64,000 nucleotides of DNA. Source: Podarcis filfolensis (Eukaryota). Below the pieces are notes generated by a model. That model was not told the origin of the DNA and did not search any database. It saw only the letters and a list, made by a program, of their open reading frames with translations. The stretch lies in assembly GCA_964270895.1 (NCBI GenBank), contig OZ185435.1. One strand, 5' to 3'. Made by a program: the position numbers and the translations under genes. Below, one piece after another: positions 1 through 10,010 of the stretch (its first letter is position 1; every line of letters starts with the position of its first letter).

Positions 1-972
1 ATTCAGAAATCTCACTGAGTTCAATAATAAAATAGTTTCCCCCCCTCCACCACACACACCTACAGTCTGGAGTAAATATAGACCACTCAGCTGTTGCATG
101 TATAAACCAAAAGAAAGCGGGAGGTAAGCTGCAGTAAGGGAACTAGGCGTTGGATCTTGTCCAGAGTCTCTCTTGTTAACGGAAAGAGGGAGTAAATTCT
201 CCTGTCTTGCAACATGAACCAAATTCACCAGAGGGAGCTAAAGTAATACATTCAGATTCTAATATTATGTGCAAATGTTCATGCTACACCAGAAACATTA
301 CAGCATTCCTGATTTTTCCATTGATAGTTTTATTCTATTAACATTTATTCTTTGCTATTTAGATACATTTATAAAGTTATTATTATTTGGATAATCTATT
401 ATATGCGTGCTGTAAAATGTGATATGGAATCTGTACCTTGGAACACTGGAACGTGCTGCTGTGATGCCACAGTTGCAAGGGGCCTAGCTCATAATTTGCT
501 ACCAGGCTATGTCGGCTTGGGTAGTTTCTCTTCCTATGGGAAATTAGTGAAACAAATGCTTTCAAACAAATTGCTACTTAGGATTGCCGGTTTCAGATTA
601 TAACAAGGTTGCTGTGCAATCACATGCTTGTTAATACACTATGTTCAGCAGGGTTGAACAACATAGGGTTGTGCACAGGACAACAACCTCAGGCAGCTTC
701 TAGGAGGTTAGTTGTATTAGTCTGTTGCAGCAAAAACAGCAATGAATTTTGTAGCACCTTACAGACCGAGCAATTTTATCAAGGCATAAGCTTTCACAGA
801 CTAGCGTCCATTTCATAGCTGAATCAGCAGAGGATGAGACTTGTGGTCCCTTCTCATCCTACAAATCTATTATTCTATCTATACTAGCAGAAACTTATCT
901 TTGCATGTGTATTTTATATACTTTGATGTCAATCATGCCTTTCTTTGTTACCACAAACGGCTGGCTATAGAA

Positions 973-1110
973 CAGGCACAGGCAAACTTGGCCCTCTGGA
1001 TGTTTTTGGGACTACAACTCCCATCATCCCTGACCACTGGTCCTGTTAGCTAGGGATGATGGGAGTTGTAGTCCCAAAAACATCTGGAGGGTCGAGTTTG
1101 CCCATGCCTG
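973..1110. mobile_element. hAT (Charlie-like) palindromic MITE, intact, with 8-bp TSD
   Basis: Ends CAGGCACAGGCAAACT...AGTTTGCCCATGCCTG; perfect 33-bp internal inverted arms (999-1031 / 1052-1084); identical 8-bp flanks CTATAGAA at 965-972 and 1111-1118. Confidence 0.9.
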
Positions 1111-2248
1111 CTATAGAAGCTGCTTCCCTCCTACAGAACTGCAAATTAGAAACTGTATTTCACCCAGGTAAGCGGGGTCAGGATTGCAGTCTTACTTGTA
1201 ATTTTAAAAACAGGCACGAACACAAGTCTGTCCCCCCTCACTGCCACGAACATGCTGTATGCGGCATTCCAGGCACTCGCATTCTGTAACCTTTATTACA
1301 TAGCTAGACTTGCAGCTATGAAGGTGATATTGTGCTTTATGTACTAGGTCTTGAAAGTGACAGTTTCCTTGAGATAAGCGCAGATCATATCATAACTGGA
1401 TTCACAATGATTTAGCCCAGCTTTCAAAAATTATTTGCATTGGTTTGAAGGTTCATGAAAAGCTATGAAAGGAAGCTTACAGGTGGTTTTTCTTTGGCTT
1501 TTTTGGAATTGGTTCTTTTGAGATAATTTTCATTGCTGTTGCAGATACAGCACATTGTATTATCTGTAAGTCCAGCCACGTAATAGATGTTCTAAAAAGC
1601 AAATGGCTCGGGATGTGACATGCAGTATGTTGCAAACCACCACAGACCTTTGTACCCATTTCAGAAATCACAAGTCAGCAGCCACAATGGAGTCTATTGC
1701 AAGATAATAATTTAAATGTCCACAGCTATTCAGACTTAGAAATATTCCAAGCACCATCCAAACTCAGGACACTATTTCTTTCCTATATTTTTGTCCTGTT
1801 TTCTAGACTATTATCTCCAAAAGCGGATCACATAAATGAAAAAAACCAAAGAGATAAAAAGCATAGGCCCTGACATCAGGCTTACAAACTCAAAAGGTAA
1901 GACATACGAGGGAAGGTGAGTGGACAGTTTATGTAGAGCAGAAAGATCAGCCTTCCAAGGCCAAAACACAGTGGTAAGCTGTAAGAATTTGCATCCAGTG
2001 GATTGTGAAATCATTTTATTAAACAACAGAGGTTCCTCAATGGAATTGTACATGCCCATTATAATTATTTCTGAGGCTTACAGATCTTAGCAATTTTTTT
2101 TTTGGCACTATACCTTGTAAACCTCCCCCACCCCTTTACCTGCCCCCAGATCTTTATCTACCCCCTGCACATTCCTATCAGCCCTCAAAGGGGTCAATAT
2201 CATTTTGGGCTAAAGGACGCAGCCCACTCACTTTTTCTGGAGACTCTT

Positions 2249-2253
2249 GCGCG

Positions 2254-2311
<58 letters not shown>
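2249..2311. repeat. Compound microsatellite (GC)5(TC)13(AC)13
   Basis: Read directly from the sequence. Confidence 0.97.
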
Positions 2312-2314
<3 letters not shown>

Positions 2315-2407
2315 GGTCTTGCTATTGTGAGGATTAAAAAAAGGGTGGAAGAAGAACCATGTAAAGTATAGAATTGTAGCGTTTATAGGGACCACAATGG
2401 TCAAGTT

Positions 2408-2543
2408 CAGGCATCCCCAACCTGCGGCCCTCCAGATGTTTTGGCCTACAACTCCCATGATCCCTACCTAACAGGACCAGTGGTCAGGGATGATGGGAAT
2501 TGTAGTCCAAAACATCTGGAGGGCCAAAGGGTGGGGATGCCAG
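2408..2543. mobile_element. hAT palindromic MITE (same superfamily as 973-1110) inserted in CR1
   Basis: TIRs CAGGCATCCCC / GGGGATGCCAG; flanks GTCAAGTT vs GTCTAGTC (6/8 match); same CTACAACTCCCAT..GGGATGATGGGAATTGTAG core. Confidence 0.85.
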
Positions 2544-3035
2544 GTCTAGTCCAATCCTCTTCTATGCAGGAATCTCAACTAAAACCTCCAAGACAAATGG
2601 CCATCGAAACCTCTGCTTAAAAACCTCCAATGAAGGAGAGTTCACCACCTTCCAAGAGAGCCCACTCCACTGTTGAACAGCTCTCACCATAAGAAAGTTC
2701 CTCCTGCTGTATAGTCAGCATCTCCTTTATTGCAACTTGAATCCATTGGTTTGGGTTCTACCCTCTAGAGCAGGAGAAAACAAGCTTGCTCCATCCTCCA
2801 TGGGACAGCCCTTAGCTATTTGAAGATGGCAGTCATGTCTGCTCTCAGCCTCCTCTTTTCCAGGCTAAACATACCTAGCTCCTTTAACCGTTCCAGATCC
2901 TTTATGATCAGGGTCACCCTCATCCACACATGTTCCAGCTTGTTAACTTTTTTCTGAAATTGTGGCACCCAGAACTGGACACAATACTCCAGGTGTGGCC
3001 TGACCAAGGCAGAATAGAGCAGCACTATGACTACC

Positions 3036-3387
3036 CTTAGGGGATACTGGTGGTGCTGTGGGTTAAACCATAGAGCCTAGGACTTGCCGATCAGAAGGTC
3101 GGCGGTTCGAATCCCCGCGACGGGGTGAGCTCCTGTTGCTCGGTCCCTGCTCCTGCCAACCTAGCAGTTCGAAAGCACGTCAAAGTGCAAGTAGATAAAT
3201 AGGTACCGCTCCGGCGAGGTAAACAGCATTTCCATGCGCTGCTCTGGTTCGCCAGAAGCGGCTTAGTCATGCTGGCCACATGACCCGGAAGCTGTACACC
3301 GGCTCCCTCGGCCAATAAAGCAAGATGAGCGCCGCAACCCCAGAGTCGGCCACGACTGGACCTAATGGTCAGGGGTCCCTTTACCTT
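3036..3387 (+). mobile_element. Full-length Sauria SINE (lacertid/POM-type)
   Basis: tRNA-like head with B box GGTTCGAATCC, body CTAGCAGTTCGAAAGCACGTCAAAGTGCAAGTAGATAAATAGGTACC, (CCTTTA) tail; 10-bp TSD TATGACTACC at 3026-3035 and 3388-3397. Confidence 0.93.
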
Positions 3388-3642
3388 TATGACTACCATT
3401 GATCTAGACACTATATTTCTGTGGATGCAGCCTCTAATATAATTAGCGCCCCCCCCCATAGCTCCTTTGCTGGAAGCAACAATACAAACCACACAGTGAA
3501 GAAACAAAAGCCTATCATACGCATTCCTTAAGCAATGAAGAGCATGTGCAGAGTGCTTTCCCCTAGATTATCATGATCTATTTACTTACACTCCGCCTTT
3601 TTCCCGTAAGCCTTTTCCCTTTTCGCCTAAGCCCTTTATGGC

Positions 3643-4177
3643 TTAGGGCCCTCGTATTTACGGGACCGCCTCTCCTGGTATGCCCCACAGAGGACCTTAA
3701 GGTCCATGAATAATCATAGTTTAGAGGTCCCGGGCCCTAAGGAAGACTATCCTCCACCAGGGCCAGGGCCTTTTCAGTGATGGCTCTGACCTGGTGGAAC
3801 GCTCTGTCCCATGAGACTAGGGCCCTTCAGGATTTAACCTCCTTCCAGGATTTCCCTTCTCTTCCCTCCCCTTTTATGAAGATTACCCGCTCTGAGACCC
3901 CACAGCTAATTTTCCCCTGGCCTCCTCGCTGGCCCAAGTAGGACTAATTCATCCAGCTAGCCCTGGTGATTATCTAATGTTTATTAGATGGATTTCCCCT
4001 AAATAGATTTATGAACTTTGAATTTTATTGTTATTCATGTTTTTATACTGTATTTTATGCTGCTTTTACAATTAAGTGTTTTAAATTTGTTGTTAGCCGC
4101 CCTGAGCCTGGTTTTTGAACCGGGAAGGGTGGGGTATAAATAAAGTTATATTATTATTATTATTGTTATTATTATTA
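3643..4177 (+). mobile_element. L2 LINE 3' fragment with (ATT)n tail
   Basis: Shares ACGGGACCGCCTCTCCTGGTATGCCCCACAGAG with the L2 at 25340; ends GCCGCCCTGAGCC..GGGTGGGGTATAAATAAA plus ATT repeats. Confidence 0.85.
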
Positions 4178-4183
4178 CGGGAC

Positions 4184-4417
4184 TAAAGGTAAAGGTAAAG
4201 GGTCCAGTCGTGGCCGACTCTGGGGTTGTGGCGCTCATCTCGCTTTATTGGCCAAGGGAGCCTGCGTACAGCTTCCGGGTCATGTGGCCAGCATGACTAA
4301 GCCACTTCTGGCGAACCACAGCAGCACACGGAAACACCGTTTACCTTCCTGCCAGAGTGGTACCTATTTATCTACTTGCACTTTGACGTGCTTTCGAACT
4401 GCTAGGTTGGTAGGAGC
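4184..4417 (-). mobile_element. 5'-truncated Sauria SINE
   Basis: Reverse complement of the 3' two-thirds of the SINE at 3036; TAAAGG tail repeats at 4184-4200. Confidence 0.92.
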
Positions 4418-4589
4418 ATTATGCGGCGAGAGAGAGAGAGAGAAAACAAGAACCCCCTCAAAAGATGGGGGGAAATCATTTTTTTAAAAATAGACAGTGA
4501 TATCATTAAAACTATATCCATATATAAAATCTACGAAAGCCATATGAACAATTTTTAAAAAACACAACAGCAGGGCACCTGCCCTTTAA

Positions 4590-5450
4590 TTAACAGCAGC
4601 CGCCCCGCCCCTTTCCTATCTCCTTGCACGCCTCCAGCCAGCCTTTGCCCTCCTCGCTTCTTCCTCATCTCTCATTCTCCGCCCCCTTCCGCTCCGGAGG
4701 CTCCTCCCTCTTCTCCCGCCCTTCCTACCACCTGAAAGCTTTGCCTCGCCCCTCCCCATCGCACCCCCAAAGGGGCGCAGCAGGCGCACGCGCAGCGCCG
4801 CGGTAAACAAGGGGTGGGGAGGGAAAGGCCGAGGCCCCGCCCACATCGCGGCGTGAACGTTCCACGGGCTTCCCTTCCCTTTTGCTTTCGGGCAGGGGAA
4901 GCGAGCTTTCCCCCTTTCTCGGCGGCGGCGGCGGCGCCTGCGCGCTGGCCTCAACATCCGGGCACTGGGGCAGGATGAATGCTCCTTTCCAAGATGGCGG
5001 CGGAGGGAGGAGGGAAGGAGATGAACGAGATTAAGACCCAGTTTACCACCCGCGAGGGGCTGTACAAGCTGCTGAGCCACTCGGAGTACAGCCGGCCCAA
5101 CAGGGTGCCCTTCAACTCGCAGGGCTCCAACCCCGTCCGCGTCTCCTTCGTCAACGTCAACGACCAGAGCGGCAACGGCGACCGGCTCTGCTTCAATGTG
5201 GGCCGGGAGCTCTACTTCTACATTTACAAGGGGGTCCGCAAGGTAAAGGGACGGGAAGGGGAGGGCGCCGCCGCTCGGAAGGGACTGCCGGCGCCGCGCT
5301 GAGGGAGGCGGCGCGGCCTGAGGAGGGGCGTTCGGGGCTAGCCGGGTGGCATGAAGGGGCGCCCGGCCCTCTCTGGCTGGGCTCACCCTCGCCGAGAGGC
5401 TGCCTGACTGGCGTAACCGCCTCCGCCCCGCGGGAGCTGTCAACAAACAC
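4590..5450 (+). promoter_or_regulatory. CpG island / WDR20 promoter and exon 1
   Basis: Abrupt GC- and CpG-rich block; GC boxes at 4603-4611 and 4835-4842; NRF1-like GGCGCACGCGCA at 4783-4794; (CGG)n near 4920-4935; YY1 motif CAAGATGGCGGC at 4990-5001. Confidence 0.88.
4994..5242 (+). CDS. WDR20: WD repeat-containing protein 20, coding exon 1 (83 codons, MAAEGGGKEMNEIK...YKGVRK)
   Basis: Near-identical to the vertebrate WDR20 N-terminus as recalled; Kozak AAGATGG; donor AAG|GTAAAG; phase 0. Confidence 0.97.
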
Positions 5451-6317
5451 GTTTCCCTCGCTTCCTTTAAAAAAAGAAGGGGGGGAGAAATCCGTTAAAG
5501 GGTCCCCCACCCCTTGTAGCTTTTTTGGGTAGGTGGGTTGGTGGGAGGGAGGTAACTTTGCGTGGTTTGGAGAGCAATGGAGGTGTCCTTGCCGGGATCA
5601 GGCGTATAGGGCAGGTTACACAGGTCTCTCTTAGGTGCTGTGGGTCTTCACTTTGAATAAGATAAAAGCAAATGGAAGCGGGGAGGCGGCAGCAAGACCT
5701 TTTTTCCTTCTTCTTTTTGCCTTGGAAGTCTTTAATGTAACCTGCCCTCTTGACAGGAAGCACAAAAAGGTGTCTCTGGAAGTATGTGTGGGTGGACTGC
5801 TGGGTACCTTTAAAAAGTTGTCTGCCATGCTCTTCAAGGAAGAGCAATAAAATAAGAAGGATGGACTTCTTGTTCTGTTCATTTACTTTTTTTCTTTTAA
5901 GAAGCGCTGTTAGCTAAAGCAGCATTGATCATTTTGGTATTCCAGGAACGCTTGTGCTGTAAGGTGAATGTATTTACCCTTAAACAAACCTGGTCTATAG
6001 GAGCCCTTCCAGCTCTCGGTTTACAGGACAAATGAATTCTGGATGTGTTCATTTTCATTCACTGCCTCGTGAGATTTTGGGAGGAGAAAATTATTTTGTC
6101 ATCGTTGTGTCAACACCCTTTTGAGGTGCATGTAGTTTGCAAGGCTTGGTTTTAGCTAGGAAAACTGGGAATTTTGATGTAGAAAGTGAGGAGTTACCCC
6201 AGTGTCCTGGTTGGTAGTGAGTTTTGGTTGGAAAATGTTTTCAAAGTAGTGAAGATTCTTGTGTGTTTAATGTAAGTGTAGGTGCTGATATGAGATAGTG
6301 TAATAGAAACAGCTCTT

Positions 6318-6405
6318 AAGAAGAGCGTGCTGGATCAGGCCACTGGCCTAACTAGTCCAGCACCTTGTTCTCACAGTGGCCAGCCAGATGCCTGTGGGAA
6401 GCCTG
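6318..6405 (-). mobile_element. Short CR1-type 3'-end fragment
   Basis: AAGAGCGTGCTGGATCAGGCC..TAGTCCAGCACCTTGTTCTCACAGTGGCC resembles the common squamate CR1 terminal motif (recognition from memory). Confidence 0.6.
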
Positions 6406-8582
6406 AAAGAGAAGGGATAAAGTTTTTTTAGCCATTCACTTGATATTAAATAATATGTAATCACAGTTAAGTTTATTTGGATAGTTTGGAAAGTTTGCAT
6501 TTTCATCTGTGAGTTGGGTGCCTGACTAAATCATAGAATACCATGTTAATGAACATAGGCATGTAGATGCTGATAATGATAATAATATCTGGTACCTGCT
6601 GTATTATATTGAAATGCCAGTTTCCTACTCAGTAGTAACACGATGGGTTGAATTGCCAGTGAAAAATCAAACACTCTAGTTGAGGATCAGTTTGCAGTAA
6701 CTAGCCCTACAGACCTATTTTTAAGTATCCCCTTAGATCAACTAAAGCCCAAATCTTGTACACATGCACCTGTGCCATATATTGAGGCAAGCCTTTCATT
6801 TCAAAAGGAGAAAACAGAGACCTTCTGACTATATACAAATTAAGTGGTGTGCTAATTAATATTGGCAAATGAAGCTTTGTGGTTTCATTTCATAGCCTGA
6901 CGAAGTTATTACCACATCTTAATTGCTTGAACTTTATCGTTTCTATGACTTTTCTGTCTGAGATTCAGTGCCCTAATACATAATTAAAACATTAGTTCAT
7001 CTTTCCTCAACAGTCTGGTCTATAATGTATTAAGATTCATATTTGGTGTAATATTTGTTTGTTCGCTTCAGCCAAAAAAGAGTTCAAGGGTGGCTTTTAG
7101 ATCACTTTATTGAAGAGGAAAAAAGAAGAAAGCCCCTACTCTCATGCTTATACTTTAAACAGACACAACACAGAAGTAAAATGGATAGGGATGGAGGAGG
7201 CAATAAGCAAACTTGGCTACAGATTCTTTGTTTTTCTCTACTGGCAAGTTGGGGTGAAAAAGCTTAAGGTAAGAAGCGGCAAAATCTTGGTGCATTGGTG
7301 GCGCAGCCCTACCTCTCCTCTTTCCTCCATTACTGCAACTGGATATAATGGCTGCTGCCAGGTGACAGTTGCTGAAGGAAGGAGTCTGGCTCCTCAGTAG
7401 AGCTGTAAATGACCACTCATGCCTTCCCTTGTTTACAACCAAATGCTACTCATGGGAACTAATTTTCAAGATGACCCAGTGAGTCATTAAATTTCTGTGG
7501 CACCAGTTATCACAATTGTAAAATATGGGGGAAGGGGTGTGCAGTTTGGAAGTAGGACAGAGATCTTGAAGTGAAATGGCTTTCTGAAGCCATTTAGATT
7601 CTCCCTTTTGATTAAAAGAATAATGTCATACTGAATGAATGACAGTAAGCTCTGTTGAGAAACATCTAGTATATTTCAGATCCAGCTGTAAATATTTTGA
7701 AAGGCAGTACAAAAGTCAATAAATACTTTATTTTAGCAAGTTGGCTAGAGCCATGAATAGCCTTAAAAAGTGCTTGAATCAAAAACAGTATCTTAGCTGG
7801 CAGTGCTCAGATTTCTATGTTAAGAAATTGATGTTAAAGGTTTTTGTTGTAGTTTTTGCTATGCATGGTAATCTTTGATACAGGCATTTTGTATGAGAGG
7901 CCTTTTTGGTTTTAGTAATAATTAAACGTTTTAGACATCTTATCAAAGGAACATATAGGGTTCTGTTTTTTCCTTGAAGAAAGCTATGGAAGAAGAAAGT
8001 AGAAAATGTGAAACATTATGTTCTGAAAATGAAACTTTTTAGTTAGAATGCAGCAATCATGTGCTAAACTAGTGATGTCAGGTGGACATCTTCAAAAACA
8101 GTGAACTTTTTCCAGTGGTTCACTTTTCCGTGGAAATTTAATTGCTTCATAAGTTCATTAGTAACAATGAATGGATTCCAGTTACAAATACAATATTAGG
8201 CAAGCTCGGCAGTTTAAAAGTTGTAGTTAATGTTTTTCAGAAGATTATCCCTATCAAGTGTGAAAGAGAATACATGCATTTGTAAGTGGCAGGTGCAAGG
8301 GAATCAAAACACCATGTTGACCATTTTCAATACCCTTTTGCCTTAAATTTAGAAAATGTAAGGTGAATACATGCTACTGTCATTAAATTGTACAAGTATT
8401 CCAAAAGAAATGTCTACATAATATATCATTTAAGCCACTTCAAGTGTGCTTTGTAGGACAAAATTTTTTTTGGAGTGCTTTTATCTTTGTTTACTAAGTG
8501 GAAGAAAAATAAACATACTAAACTAGATCACTTTCTATGGCATCAGAAAATTTCCCAGTGCAAACAGAAAGATTTCCAGAAA

Positions 8583-8797
8583 ACCGGTGTAATGGTTAGA
8601 GTATTTGACTAGAACCTGGGAGGCCAGGATTCTGATCCCCACCCATGGAGCATTCTAGGTGGCTTTGGGCCAGTCACTATCTTGCAACCTAATAGACCTC
8701 ACAGGGTTGTTTTGCGCATGAAATGAAGAGGAGAACCATTTATGCCACCTTGGGCTGTTTGCAAGAAACGTGCAATATAAATGTAGCAACAAAAAAT
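8583..8797 (+). mobile_element. Old tRNA-derived CORE/MIR-like SINE
   Basis: A-box-like GGTGTAATGGTTAGAG, degenerate B box, core GTGGCTTTGGGCCAGTCAC..CCTCACAGGGTTGTT, TATAAATG tail; similar to 13729-13930. Confidence 0.65.
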
Positions 8798-8804
8798 CAG
8801 TATA

Positions 8805-8887
8805 CAGTGGTACCTCGGTTTATGAACTTAATCTGTCGCGGAACTCCGTTCTTAAACTGAAACCGTTCTTAAACCGAGGTACCACTG
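8805..8887. mobile_element. 83-bp Tc1/mariner (Tigger/pogo-like) MITE
   Basis: 23-bp TIR CAGTGGTACCTCGGTTTA(T/A)GAAC with one mismatch; TA on both sides (8803-8804, 8888-8889). Confidence 0.9.
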
Positions 8888-9826
8888 TACTTGCATACAT
8901 TATTTTCAATTATTCATAGGGCTATAGGATCAATCTATAGAATCAGATAAATAGTATTTATCTTCCCGTTTGCTATTTGAAGGTCAGTATATATTCATGG
9001 GCTATCCAGATTACTGTGTTCTTGCTTAGCTGCCTACTTCTGAAATCTCATTGTGTTGATTTATTCCCCCTAAACCTGGTTGTAATAACATTCCAAGTGA
9101 AGACTAAAGTCTCATGTCTTTGCACATCACTATCTCTTTGGTTGTAATTTATTAGCATTTATTACTAGTATTTATATACTGTAACTAGTGTAACGGGCAT
9201 TTTACAGAACAGCACAGGTCTCAACATACCTTTAAAACACTTACGATACAATTGCAAATCCTTACGTTAAGCCTGCTCAGGGGCTTTCATGCCCCTAGTG
9301 GAATTCTGGCCTTCAACCCTTTGAAAAAGCAGGCCATGTTTATCAACTGTTACTTCATATTCTAAAGCAAATTGTGAGAACCATGTTCATTTTTTTGTAC
9401 AGAGGTAAAAGGCAGAAATTCCTCTGGGTGTTTTGCAAGTTCTTGAACATGCCTAAAATTAGGTTTTTCAGTTTAAGCTCCTTGAGGCAGAAACTTGTCT
9501 CTTTGTTCTGTAAAACACCATTAACAACAACAACAAAAAAGTTCTTGTGTTCATGTTGATGACGCTTGTACTGAAATAAGAGATACAAGTTAGTGTGGTT
9601 AGCAAGTTGCTGATCGAAACACTGAGTACAAATTCTCCTTGAATCATCCTATTTGTGGTTTTTGGATCCCAGCTTTTGAATCTTTTTTGCTGATGACCAT
9701 AGGCCGAAATGATGGAGCTGAATCTTGGGAGTTCATACTTCATGCTTCCTATTCTTATTTTCCCTACCTGTCTCAGAGGATTGTTAGGCCACAGTGTTGT
9801 TCTGAACTACTGCCAGAAATTAGCTA

Positions 9827-10010
9827 AAACAAAAAAAAAATTTCCTTCCAGTAGCACCTTAAAGACCAACTAAGTTAGTTCTTGGTATGAGCTTTCGTGT
9901 GCATGAGCTCATACCAAGAACTAACTTAGTTGGTCTTTAAGGTGCTACTGGAAGGAAAAAAATTTTTTTGTTTTGACTATGGCAGACCAACACGGCTACC
10001 TATCTGTAAC
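9827..10010 (+). mobile_element. Penelope-like element (PLE) pseudo-LTR fragment with inverted 5' copy
   Basis: Sense part 9906-10010 is almost identical to 11620-11723; inverted part 9827-9905; TSD (C)AGAAATTAGCTA at 9814/9815-9826 and 10010/10011-10022; the GGTCTTTAAGGTGCTAC..GACCAACACGGCTAC end is typical of amniote PLE terminal repeats. Confidence 0.82.

Larger units (their letters stand above)
2366..3447 (-). mobile_element. CR1 LINE 3' fragment, interrupted by a MITE and a Sauria SINE
   Basis: Minus ORF 2816-3025 [35 protein letters not shown] is the CR1 ORF2 C-terminus; CR1 3' end (ATAGAATTGTAG on +) at about 2368; the CR1 sequence resumes after the SINE. Confidence 0.88.

Noticed and set aside
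1-4600. HSP90AA1 exons (expected left neighbour from mammalian synteny)
   Set aside because: No HSP90-like peptide or credible exon found on the minus strand; the gene probably lies outside the window.
4616-5446. 276-aa minus-strand ORF across the promoter
   Set aside because: Low-complexity Arg/Pro/Gly/Ala sequence expected from a stop-poor CpG island and the antisense shadow of exon 1.
9841-9958. 53-bp hairpin as a conserved microRNA gene
   Set aside because: Fully explained by an inverted PLE repeat bounded by a TSD; perfect pairing argues for a recent TE.
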